NCBI GenBank assembly: GCA_027315345.1
Contig: DAHUYE010000082.1
Location: 39,919-103,918 of the forward strand
Length of the DNA: 64,000 nt
Reading direction: 5' to 3'
Origin: Actinomycetota bacterium
GTDB lineage: Bacteria; Actinomycetota; Acidimicrobiia; Acidimicrobiales; JAJPHE01
Shown here: in pieces, positions 26,854 through 34,683 of the stretch
Position numbering within the stretch: the stretch's first letter is position 1
Layout of the letters: every line of letters begins with the position of its first letter
The notes under the pieces: generated by a model
Database searches by the model: none
What the model saw: only the letters and a program-made list of their open reading frames with translations
What the model was told of the DNA's origin: nothing
Translations under genes and position numbers: made by a program

Positions 26854-28334
26854 TGCGACGCCGGCTGCGCACCGGGTTGGCCGGCGGAGCCCTGCTCAGC
26901 CTGGGCTGGGTCATCACCGCCCCCAGCCTGGGCCTGGGCCAGGCGGCCCGGGCAGCCACGCCGGCGCCCAGCCCCACCTGCTCGCCCGCCCAGCTGGTCG
27001 CCGCCGCCAACGCCTCGGGCCAGGAGATAGCCGGCTACACCCTGGCCGGGTCGGCCGCCGGCTATCGCTACGAGGTGGACAGTCCGGGCCTGCTGCCGGT
27101 CGGAGACCCCCAGCGGGGCAACATCACCGAGTTGGACGTGCCCTACGCCCGGGAGAACGTCTCCTCCGGCCCGCTGGTGGCCTCCCTGGGTTCGGCCGCC
27201 TATCCGGGCGACACCGCCGCCGGGATCGGCAGCGCCCTGGGCGAGTTCGGCTTCAAGGGCGTGCCCAACGACCCGGTCCTGGCTTCGGCCGCCTACCCGC
27301 CATCACCCAACAGCCCGGCCTCGTCCACCTACCCGTCCAGCGCCGAGCCCTCGACGCTCAACGCCGGCGCCGCCCAGGCCGCCGCCGATCAGAACGGGGG
27401 GTCATCGGAGGCGTCGGTATCCTCGTCCTCGGTGGCCTCCGGAGCCACCCAGGAGGCGGGTGGGGGACCGGCCCAATCCAACTCGGCCGTGCATCTGGGG
27501 GCAGCCTGCGTGGACTCGGCGGCCCAGGCCGTGGCCAGTGGGGTGGTGGTGGCCGGGATCGTCCACATCGCCAGCGTGTCGGGGGTGGCCCAGGTCAGGA
27601 GTGACGGCGTCAAGGCGGTGCCGGCGGCCAGCCTGCATGTCGGGGACGTGACCGTGGCCGGCCTGGCCGCCTACATCGACCAGAACGGGGTCCACCTGGC
27701 CGGCCAGCAGCCGGTCGGCTACGGCGCCGTCTCCGCCGTCCAGGCCGCCCTCAACTCCGCCCTGCAGGCCGACGGAATCACCATCAAGCTGCTCAGCGGC
27801 GAGACGACGGCAGAAGGAGCGGACGGCGCCGCCGACTCCGGCGGGGTGGACATCGTGGTGACCCGCACCTTGCCGGCCACCGGGGTGCCCGGTGTCCCAG
27901 CCGTCACCGTGCCCGGACAGGCCCCGATCCCTCTGGGCACCCCGGGGGCGCCGATCCGCTACCAGGTCACCCTGGGGGAGGCCCAGGCCTCGGTATTCGC
28001 CACCACCGCCCCGGCCCCAGGGTCGCTGGCCTCGACGGCGGCGGCGTCCGGATCGACGGGCTCGACCGGCACCAACGGGCCGGCCGCCGCCTCCGGGACG
28101 GCCGGATCAGGCAGCTCCATCGGCTCCGCCTCCGGGGGAAGCAGCGTCTCCGCGTCGCCCCTACCCGGGTCCACCAGCGGGGCCCCGGGGTCGCGCCTGA
28201 CGGCGGCATCGGGACCATCCGGATCCAGCCCGGTGTCAGCCGGTTGGGTAATCATCGGGGTTCTCTTCGCCATCATGGCGGCCGCCCCGCTCCTCGGTTA
28301 CGCCCGCTGGCAGCTGCTGGAAGGAAGGATCTGA
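26850..28334 (+). CDS. Hypothetical exported protein with Ser/Gly/Ala-rich stalk and C-terminal TM anchor
   Basis: N-terminal signal-like MMRRRLRTGLAGGALLSLGWVITAPSLGLGQAARA. C-terminal VSAGWVIIGVLFAIMAAAPLLGY followed by ARWQLLEGRI. I recognise no family motif. The start overlaps the livF-like stop (GTGATG). Confidence 0.6.
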   Translation: MMRRRLRTGLAGGALLSLGWVITAPSLGLGQAARAATPAPSPTCSPAQLVAAANASGQEIAGYTLAGSAAGYRYEVDSPGLLPVGDPQRGNITELDVPYARENVSSGPLVASLGSAAYPGDTAAGIGSALGEFGFKGVPNDPVLASAAYPPSPNSPASSTYPSSAEPSTLNAGAAQAAADQNGGSSEASVSSSSVASGATQEAGGGPAQSNSAVHLGAACVDSAAQAVASGVVVAGIVHIASVSGVAQVRSDGVKAVPAASLHVGDVTVAGLAAYIDQNGVHLAGQQPVGYGAVSAVQAALNSALQADGITIKLLSGETTAEGADGAADSGGVDIVVTRTLPATGVPGVPAVTVPGQAPIPLGTPGAPIRYQVTLGEAQASVFATTAPAPGSLASTAAASGSTGSTGTNGPAAASGTAGSGSSIGSASGGSSVSASPLPGSTSGAPGSRLTAASGPSGSSPVSAGWVIIGVLFAIMAAAPLLGYARWQLLEGRI

Positions 28335-28338
28335 GTTC

Positions 28339-28959
28339 ATGACCACCGAGTTGGCCGGGACGGTGCCGGCCGAGGACGTCCAGCGCGTCGACGCCCGCCG
28401 CTCCGACCTACTGGCGGCGGCGTCGGACCGCTTCCGGCGCTTCGACCTGCGCAACACCTGGCAGGTGGCGGCCGGGTCGGTGCTGGTCCCCCTCGGGATC
28501 GTCATCATCATCCTGGCCTGGTACGGGGCCGCCCACTCTCCCTACGTCCAGAGCCAGATCCCCTATCTGGTCAGCGGAGCGTTCATCGGACTGGGCCTGA
28601 TGGTGCTGGGCGGGCTCCTCTACTGGGCCCACTGGCTGTACCGCATCTACGACCAGGCCGACCTGCACCACCTGGAGCAGCTCCAGCGGGACCGCCAGCT
28701 CTTCGACCTGCTCGAAGCCGTCCTGGCTCGTGATCCCGAGGGAGTGGTCCGGGCCCGGGGAGCCCGCCCCGCCCCCGCCGCGGGCGGCCCGGCCGTCCAG
28801 GCCGCCACCGGCCTGGTGACCACGGCCACCGGCACCAACCTGCACCGGGCCGACTGCCCCATCGTGGCGAGACACCGGGCCGGGGTCCGGCCGGTCACCG
28901 CGGCCGAGGCCAAGGGGCGCCCCCCCTGTCGGATCTGTCAGCCTGCCGTTCCCGCCTGA
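28339..28959 (+). CDS. Hypothetical 2-TM membrane protein with C-terminal Cys/His zinc-ribbon-like motif
   Basis: SD GGAAGGAAGGA lies upstream of the ATG. TM1 is VAAGSVLVPLGIVIIILAWYGAA and TM2 is LVSGAFIGLGLMVLGGLLYWAHWLY. The C-terminus reads LHRADCPIVARHRAGVRPVTAAEAKGRPPCRICQP. Confidence 0.6.
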   Translation: MTTELAGTVPAEDVQRVDARRSDLLAAASDRFRRFDLRNTWQVAAGSVLVPLGIVIIILAWYGAAHSPYVQSQIPYLVSGAFIGLGLMVLGGLLYWAHWLYRIYDQADLHHLEQLQRDRQLFDLLEAVLARDPEGVVRARGARPAPAAGGPAVQAATGLVTTATGTNLHRADCPIVARHRAGVRPVTAAEAKGRPPCRICQPAVPA

Positions 28960-29001
28960 CCGCCCCGACCCTGGGGACACACCGAACACCGAGGAGCAGC
29001 C

Positions 29002-30216
29002 GTGGTACGCATCATGGAAGGCATACGCGTCCTGGAGGTGGCGGCCTGGACCTACGTCCCGGCCGCCGGCGCCGTCCTGGCCGAATGGGGCGCCGACGTG
29101 ATCAAGATCGAGCATCCCGACACCGGGGACCCCCAGCGGGGGCTGGTCAACATGGGCCTGGTGCCCACCGGTCCGGGCGGGGTCAACCACATGATCGAGC
29201 TGCCCAACCGGGGCAAGCGCTCGGTGGCCCTCGACCTGTCCACCGAGGAGGGCCGGGACCTGCTCCTGCGCCTGGCCGCCACCTCCGACGTCTTCCTGAC
29301 CAACTTCCTGCCCCCAGCCCGGCGCAAGCTGCGCATCGACGTGGAGGACATCCGGGCCGCCAACCCCGACATCATCTACGTCCGGGGCTCGGCCCAGGGC
29401 GTACGGGGCCCCGAGGCCGACCGGGGCGGCTTCGACGGCTGCAGCTTCTGGCACCGGGCTGTGTCCGACATCGTCACCGGTGAGGAGGACTATCCCGCCC
29501 CCCCGCCCGGGCCCGCCTTCGGGGACCTGCTGGGCGGCATGACCATTGCCGGGGGCATCAGCGCCGCCCTGTTCCACCGTCAGAAGACCGGCGAAGCTCT
29601 CGTCGTCGACAACTCGCTCCTCGGCACCGCCATGTGGGCGACCTCGGCCAGCATCCTGGCCGCCGGCCTGTTCGGCGCCTACAAGCTGCCCCGGGGCGAC
29701 CGGCGCAACACCTTCAACCCGCTGGTCAACACCTACCGCACCAGCGACAACCGCTACATATCCCTGATGATGCTGCAGGCCGACCGGCACTGGCCCGAGT
29801 TCACCCGGGCCATCGGCCGGCCCGAACTGGCCACCGACGAGCGCTTTGCGGAAGGGGCGGCCCGCTATCAGAACCGCCGGGAGTGCGTGGAGCTGATCGA
29901 TGAGATCTTCGCCTCCCGCCCCTACGAGGAATGGCGCCGCGCTCTTTCCGCCATCGACGGGGTGTGGGCGCCGGTGCAGACCCCGGGCGAGCTTTTGACC
30001 GAGCCCCAGGCGCTGGAGAACGGCTACGTGTCCGAACTCACCCACTCCGGGGGCACGACCTTCCGCATGGTTCCGTCCCCTCTGCAGTTCAACGAGGAGC
30101 ACGCCCAGCTCACCCCGGCGCCGGAACACGGGGAGCACACCGATGAGGTCCTGCTCGAACTGGGCCTGCCCATGGAGGAGATCCTCGACCTCAAGGTCAA
30201 AGGGGCAGTGCTCTAG
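29002..30216 (+). CDS. Family III CoA-transferase (CaiB/BaiF/alpha-methylacyl-CoA racemase superfamily)
   Basis: GIRVLEVAAWTYVPAAGAVLAEWGADVIKIEHP. Length and overall pattern fit the family. Start is GTG 29002 or ATG 29014. Confidence 0.8.
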   Translation: MVRIMEGIRVLEVAAWTYVPAAGAVLAEWGADVIKIEHPDTGDPQRGLVNMGLVPTGPGGVNHMIELPNRGKRSVALDLSTEEGRDLLLRLAATSDVFLTNFLPPARRKLRIDVEDIRAANPDIIYVRGSAQGVRGPEADRGGFDGCSFWHRAVSDIVTGEEDYPAPPPGPAFGDLLGGMTIAGGISAALFHRQKTGEALVVDNSLLGTAMWATSASILAAGLFGAYKLPRGDRRNTFNPLVNTYRTSDNRYISLMMLQADRHWPEFTRAIGRPELATDERFAEGAARYQNRRECVELIDEIFASRPYEEWRRALSAIDGVWAPVQTPGELLTEPQALENGYVSELTHSGGTTFRMVPSPLQFNEEHAQLTPAPEHGEHTDEVLLELGLPMEEILDLKVKGAVL

Positions 30217-31406
30217 CGCCAGCGGCTGAGGAGCATGCAGCCGGCTATGGGGCCGCCGCCGTTGGCCACCGCGGCCAGCTCGGGATCACCGGCCACCTGA
30301 CGGGCGCCGGCTTCGCCGCGCAGCTGGAGGACGGCCTCGTGGATGTGGCCGAAGCCGTGCAGGCGGCCGGCCGACAGCTGGCCGCCGTGGGTATTGAGGG
30401 GCAGGTCCCCGTCCAAGGCGATGCGCCGGCCCCCCTCCACGAACGGCCCGCCCTCGCCCCGGCCGCAGAAACCCAGGGCCTCCAGCCAGCACAGGGTCAG
30501 GAAGCTGAAGCCGTCGTAAAGCTCGGCTATGTCCACGTCGGCCGGGGTCAGGTCGGTCCGTTCCCACATGGAGGCGGCCGCGTCCCGGGCCGACATGGTG
30601 GTGAGGTCATCGAACTGGTCCCACGACGGCCGGCCCCGCAGGGCGGTCCCGACGGCCTCGAAGCGGGCCGCCGGCCGGGGGGCGTCGGGGGCGTAGTCGG
30701 CCGAGGAGACGATGATGGCGGTGGAGCCGTCCACGGGGGCGTCGCAGTCGTAGAGGCCGAAGGGGGTGGTGATGATCCGGGCGGCCAGGTAGTCCTCCAG
30801 GCTCATCGGATCCCGGTAGACGGCCTTGGGGTTGATGGCGGCGTTGGCCCGCTGGTTGACGGGGATGGCCCCCAGCTGTTCCCGGGTGGTGCCGAACTCG
30901 TGGAAGTGGCGCTGGGCGTTCATGGCCAGCCAGCAGGCGGCCGAGTAGGCCTTGAAGGGGATGGACCACTGCAGGGTCCCGCCCATCTGGGGTACGCCGG
31001 CGCCGATGCCTCCCCGGCCTCCGCCGCCCTGGGCGCTGGCCTCGGTCACGGTGCGGTAGCACAGGACGTGGCGGGCCAGGCCGGTGGCCACGGCCATGGC
31101 GGCGTTGATGACCGCGGCCATCTGGGCCGGCCCCTCGATCCCGCCCGTGTGCCAGTTGAGGCGCAGGCGCATGGCGTCCTGCACCTCCGGCGTCCCCGGG
31201 CCCGCAAAGCCGCCGGGTCCGCCTCCCGCCCCGGGATAGGTGGCGATCCCGTCGATGTCGGCCACCTCCAGGCCGGCGTCGGCGATGGCCTCCAAAGCGG
31301 AGTCGACGGTCAGGTCGATCCCGCTGCGGTTGAGCCGGCGCCCCACCGCCGACTGGCCGATGCCGGAGATGACGGCCCGGTGCTCGAGCAGCTCCGCCCT
31401 GCTCAC
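30213..31406 (-). CDS. Thiolase-like protein, lipid-transfer (Ltp/SCP-x) type
   Basis: HRAVISGIGQSAVGRR, LNTHGGQLSAGRLHGFGHIHEAVLQLRGEAG. No Cys at the expected nucleophile position (GGIEGPAQMAAVINAA). The stop shares the CTAG tetranucleotide with the convergent CoA-transferase stop. Confidence 0.75.
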   Translation of the reverse strand: MSRAELLEHRAVISGIGQSAVGRRLNRSGIDLTVDSALEAIADAGLEVADIDGIATYPGAGGGPGGFAGPGTPEVQDAMRLRLNWHTGGIEGPAQMAAVINAAMAVATGLARHVLCYRTVTEASAQGGGGRGGIGAGVPQMGGTLQWSIPFKAYSAACWLAMNAQRHFHEFGTTREQLGAIPVNQRANAAINPKAVYRDPMSLEDYLAARIITTPFGLYDCDAPVDGSTAIIVSSADYAPDAPRPAARFEAVGTALRGRPSWDQFDDLTTMSARDAAASMWERTDLTPADVDIAELYDGFSFLTLCWLEALGFCGRGEGGPFVEGGRRIALDGDLPLNTHGGQLSAGRLHGFGHIHEAVLQLRGEAGARQVAGDPELAAVANGGGPIAGCMLLSRWR

Positions 31407-31813
31407 CGTTCACCAACGGGGCGGAAGAGAGGAAGAAAGACGGGATCCCGATCCTCGAAGACGACTTCGAGTTCCATCCCTATGGAGACGGCCTCCGGCT
31501 CGATGCCGATGACGTTGGTGGTCAGGCGGACGTCGTCCTGTTCCACCGGCACCACCATTCCGATGACGTAGGGCTCCTCCGCCCCGGGGGCCCAGTTCTG
31601 GTGGTTGACGGTGAAGGAGTACAGGGTGGCCCGGCCGCTGACGGGGTGGGGCGAGACCTCCCGGGACCAGCACCGGGGACAGACCGGGGCGGGCGGGTGG
31701 ATCAGATAGCCGCATTGATCACAGCCGAGGAAGCGGAGCACCCCCTCCCGGCCGGAGGTCCAGAAGAACTCGTTGTCCTCATCGATCCTGGGCAGGACCC
31801 GGAAGTCCGACAT
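31403..31813 (-). CDS. DUF35 OB-fold/zinc-ribbon acyl-CoA-associated protein
   Basis: FFWTSGREGVLRFLGCDQCGYLIHPPAPVCPRC followed by an OB-fold-like segment. Its stop overlaps the start of the thiolase-like gene (GTGA). Confidence 0.8.
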   Translation of the reverse strand: MSDFRVLPRIDEDNEFFWTSGREGVLRFLGCDQCGYLIHPPAPVCPRCWSREVSPHPVSGRATLYSFTVNHQNWAPGAEEPYVIGMVVPVEQDDVRLTTNVIGIEPEAVSIGMELEVVFEDRDPVFLPLFRPVGER

Positions 31814-31819
31814 CGGCGG

Positions 31820-31829
31820 ACACTATCTT
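31820..31829. promoter_or_regulatory. Back-to-back -10 hexamers sharing a central TA (ACACTATCTT): TATCTT on + and TAGTGT on -
   Basis: Each hexamer fits TANNNT. Each lies exactly 6 nt from the A of a divergent ATG (31836 on +, 31813 on -), which is the canonical leaderless geometry. The intergenic distance is only 22 bp. Confidence 0.4.
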
Positions 31830-31835
31830 TCGCCC

Positions 31836-32708
31836 ATGCCCGACCTGGCCGGCTTCCTGGCCGCGTTGGAGCTGCAGTCCGAAGCCGAGGGCCGCTTCCG
31901 AGCCCGGAACATGGACAACCCCGGGCCGGTCGTCTTCGGGGGCCAGATGCTGGCCCAGGTGGTGGCGGCCGCCGCCCGCAGCGTGCCGGCCCAGCAGGTG
32001 AAGTCCCTCCACACCGTCTTCGCCCGGGGGGCGGCGGCGGATACCGACCTGAGTCTGGACACCGAGGTGATGCACGCCGGGCGGGCCTTCTCCAGCTTGA
32101 CCGTGTCGCTGCGGCAGGGGGAGCGGCTCTGCGCCCGGTCCCTGGTGCTCTTGGAGTCCGAGGCCGCCGACCTCATCCGTCACTCGCCACCGGCCCCGGC
32201 CGGCGGCCCGGAGGAGGCGGCGCCGGCCGGGCCCGGCGGGGGGGCGGAGCCCGACGGAAAGAGCGCAGGAGCGGTGGACTGGTGGGAGATGCGGATGGGG
32301 GAGGGGGCGGACTTCGCCGATCCGGAGGCGGTGGGGCCTCCCCGGCTGGATGTGTGGATGCGCTTCCCGGGGGCGCCGGAGGACCCGGTGGTGGACCGGG
32401 CCCTGCTGGCCTACGCCAGCGACGGCTTCCTCATCGGCGCCGCCCTGCGCCCCCACCCCGGCTTCGGCCAGTCCCTGGCCCACATCGAGTTCGCCACCAC
32501 CGTGCTGACCCACACCCTCACCTTCCACGAGCCCTTCCGGGCCTCGGAGTGGCTGCTGCTGGCCCAAGAGGCGGCCTACGCCGGGCGGGGCCGCTCCTAC
32601 GGGCGGGCCCACGTCTGGAGCGGGGACGGCCGGCTGGTGGCCTCCTTCGTCCAGGAGGCCATGATCCGGGCCCTGCCCGGGGTCCAGCAGGACATGAGAC
32701 AGATTTAG
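31836..32708 (+). CDS. Acyl-CoA thioesterase II (TesB-like double hotdog)
   Basis: FLAALELQSEAEGRFRARN..GPVVFGGQMLAQ, HSLHTVF-like KSLHTVFARG, and a second-hotdog LTHTLTFHEP. ATG at 31836. Confidence 0.75.
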   Translation: MPDLAGFLAALELQSEAEGRFRARNMDNPGPVVFGGQMLAQVVAAAARSVPAQQVKSLHTVFARGAAADTDLSLDTEVMHAGRAFSSLTVSLRQGERLCARSLVLLESEAADLIRHSPPAPAGGPEEAAPAGPGGGAEPDGKSAGAVDWWEMRMGEGADFADPEAVGPPRLDVWMRFPGAPEDPVVDRALLAYASDGFLIGAALRPHPGFGQSLAHIEFATTVLTHTLTFHEPFRASEWLLLAQEAAYAGRGRSYGRAHVWSGDGRLVASFVQEAMIRALPGVQQDMRQI

Positions 32709-32780
32709 CGAATAGTGTTCTATGGGTAAGAGGGGCGCGTCGGGTAGGGACCCGGCCGAGCCCGCGGCCGCCCGAGGGGA

Positions 32781-34025
32781 ATGGGACACGTGACAACCGA
32801 AGTCGAAGCCGGAGCCGACCGACCCAGCCTGGGGGACGAGGACGGCTGGTCGATCCAGATGCTGATCAGCTCGGAGTTCGCCCGGAACCCCCGGCCCTAC
32901 TACGAGGCTCTCCGCCACGGGCCGCCCCGGCGCGACGACCTGGAGATGCCCGGCAGCCCCAAGACGGTCATCCTCTCCCGCCACCAGGACGTCGAGGCGG
33001 CCTTCCGTAACCCCCAGCTGTTCTCCTCCCAGTTCGGGCAGGGCTCGGGCAGCCTGGGCAACGACCGCCCCCTCATCCCGCTCATGATCGATCCTCCCGA
33101 ACACAAGAAGTACCGGGTGCTCCTGGACCCGTACTTCGCCCCCCGGCACATGGCCAAGCTGGAGGAGGGCCTGACCGAACTGGTCAACGGGCTCATCGAC
33201 AAGTTCGCGGACAAGGAGGGCTGCGAATTCACCAGTGAGTTCGCCGTGCCCATGCCCTGCACCGCCTTCCTCGAACTGCTGGGCCTGCCCTTGGAGGATC
33301 TGGACTTCTTTCTCCACATCAAAGAGGGCATCGTGCGCGGCCATGGCAAGCTCGACATGGAGGAGCAGATCCAGGCCCGCACCGAGGCCGGCCGGGCCTG
33401 CTACGACTACTTCGAGAAGGTGCTGGACGGCCTGGCCGAGGAGCGGGGCGGCGGCCTGTTGTGCGAACTGATGGAGGCGGAGGTCGACGGCCAGCGCCTG
33501 ACCCGGGAAGAGATAATGGACATCTGCTTTCTGTTCATCCTGGCCGGGCTCGACACCGTCACCGACAGCCTGTGCTGTTTCTTCAACTACCTGGCCGAGC
33601 ATCCCGAGCAGCGCCAGCGCATCGTGGATGACCCCGAGGTCATCCCCAGCGTGGTGGAGGAGCTGCTGCGCTGGGAGTCCCCGGTGGCGGGTGTGGCCCG
33701 GATCGTCACCGAGGACACCGAGTTCAACGGATGCCCCGTGCACAAGGGTGATTCGGTGCTGGTCTTCGTGGGTGCCGCCAACACCGATCCGGACGCCATC
33801 GAGCGCGCCCATGAGGTGGACTTCGACCGCACCACCAATCGCCACTACGCCTTCGGCGGCGGGATCCACCGTTGCCTCGGGAGCCACCTGGCCCGGCTGG
33901 AGCTGCGGGTGGCGTTGCGGGAGTGGCACAAGCGGATCCCCGACTACCGGGTGGCCGAAGGGGCGGAGCTGGTGTGGACGCCCATGCTGCGCTCGGTCCA
34001 CCAGCTTCCCCTCGTCTTCGGCTGA
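32781..34025 (+). CDS. Cytochrome P450
   Basis: I-helix ILAGLDTVT, EELLRWES (ExxR), heme loop FGGGIHRCLGSHLA. Confidence 0.9.
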   Translation: MGHVTTEVEAGADRPSLGDEDGWSIQMLISSEFARNPRPYYEALRHGPPRRDDLEMPGSPKTVILSRHQDVEAAFRNPQLFSSQFGQGSGSLGNDRPLIPLMIDPPEHKKYRVLLDPYFAPRHMAKLEEGLTELVNGLIDKFADKEGCEFTSEFAVPMPCTAFLELLGLPLEDLDFFLHIKEGIVRGHGKLDMEEQIQARTEAGRACYDYFEKVLDGLAEERGGGLLCELMEAEVDGQRLTREEIMDICFLFILAGLDTVTDSLCCFFNYLAEHPEQRQRIVDDPEVIPSVVEELLRWESPVAGVARIVTEDTEFNGCPVHKGDSVLVFVGAANTDPDAIERAHEVDFDRTTNRHYAFGGGIHRCLGSHLARLELRVALREWHKRIPDYRVAEGAELVWTPMLRSVHQLPLVFG

Positions 34026-34048
34026 TCCCGGCCCATTAGGGTCGGAGG

Positions 34049-34642
34049 GTGGCCACCGGAGAGCTCCTACCTGAGACGCGCGACCGCATCCTCGAAGGCG
34101 CCCTGCAGGCCCTCGGCCGGGTGGGGGTGCGCCATCTGACCATGGGAGAGGTGAGCGAGCGGGCCGGCCTGTCGCGGGGAACTGTCTACCGCTACTTCCC
34201 GACCAAGGACGACCTGCTGGCGGTGCTGGCGACCTACGAGCAGGACCGCTTCGCGGCCGGCCTTCGTCTGGCCGTAGAGGCCCACGTGGCGTCGGGCCTT
34301 CCCTTGGGAATCGAGGTGGTGGCTGGCTACGTCATGGATTACCTGCGCCGCCACCCGGCCCTGACCCTCCTCTTCGACACCGAACCCGCCTTCGTGCTCG
34401 GCTTCTTCCGCCGCCAGCTGCCGGAGTTCCGCCGCATCTGCGAGGACCTGGTGGCTCCGGCCCTGGGCAACGCCGAGGCGGTGCGCTCCGGTCTGGTCAG
34501 CGTGACCGAGCTGAGCGAGTTGCTTCTGCACGTGGTCCTGAGCGTCTTCTTGGTCTCGGGCGAGGACCAGGACGAGGTGGAAGCCGACCTCGAGGTGGCC
34601 CTGCGAAGCATCGTGAAGCTGGCCGGGGCCGACAGGTCCTAA
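34049..34642 (+). CDS. TetR family transcriptional regulator
   Basis: HTH LTMGEVSERAGLSRGTVYRYFPTKDDLL. GTG preceded by GGAGG. Confidence 0.9.
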   Translation: MATGELLPETRDRILEGALQALGRVGVRHLTMGEVSERAGLSRGTVYRYFPTKDDLLAVLATYEQDRFAAGLRLAVEAHVASGLPLGIEVVAGYVMDYLRRHPALTLLFDTEPAFVLGFFRRQLPEFRRICEDLVAPALGNAEAVRSGLVSVTELSELLLHVVLSVFLVSGEDQDEVEADLEVALRSIVKLAGADRS

Positions 34643-34683
34643 CTTCCCGACCGTAGAAGTCGAACAAAGCGAACGGAGGACTG

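Noticed and set aside
28140-28160. Sortase signal in the 494-aa exported protein (SPLPGSTSG)
   Set aside because: The sequence LPGST does not fit LPXTG. The following TM helix and basic tail alone are not sufficient to call a sortase substrate.
28408-30138. 576-aa minus-strand ORF
   Set aside because: It is antisense to the membrane-protein and CoA-transferase genes. It has no motifs and is Gly/Arg/Pro-rich.
32709-32780. KstR/KstR2 operator upstream of the P450
   Set aside because: Only one half-site (GTTCTA) matches TnnAACnnGTTnnA. The partner half does not match. No KstR2-type AnCAAGnnCTTGnT was seen in the intergenic regions I read.
31779-34001. 740-aa minus-strand ORF
   Set aside because: It is antisense to the thioesterase and P450 genes, which both have clear motifs. 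It has shadow-ORF composition.
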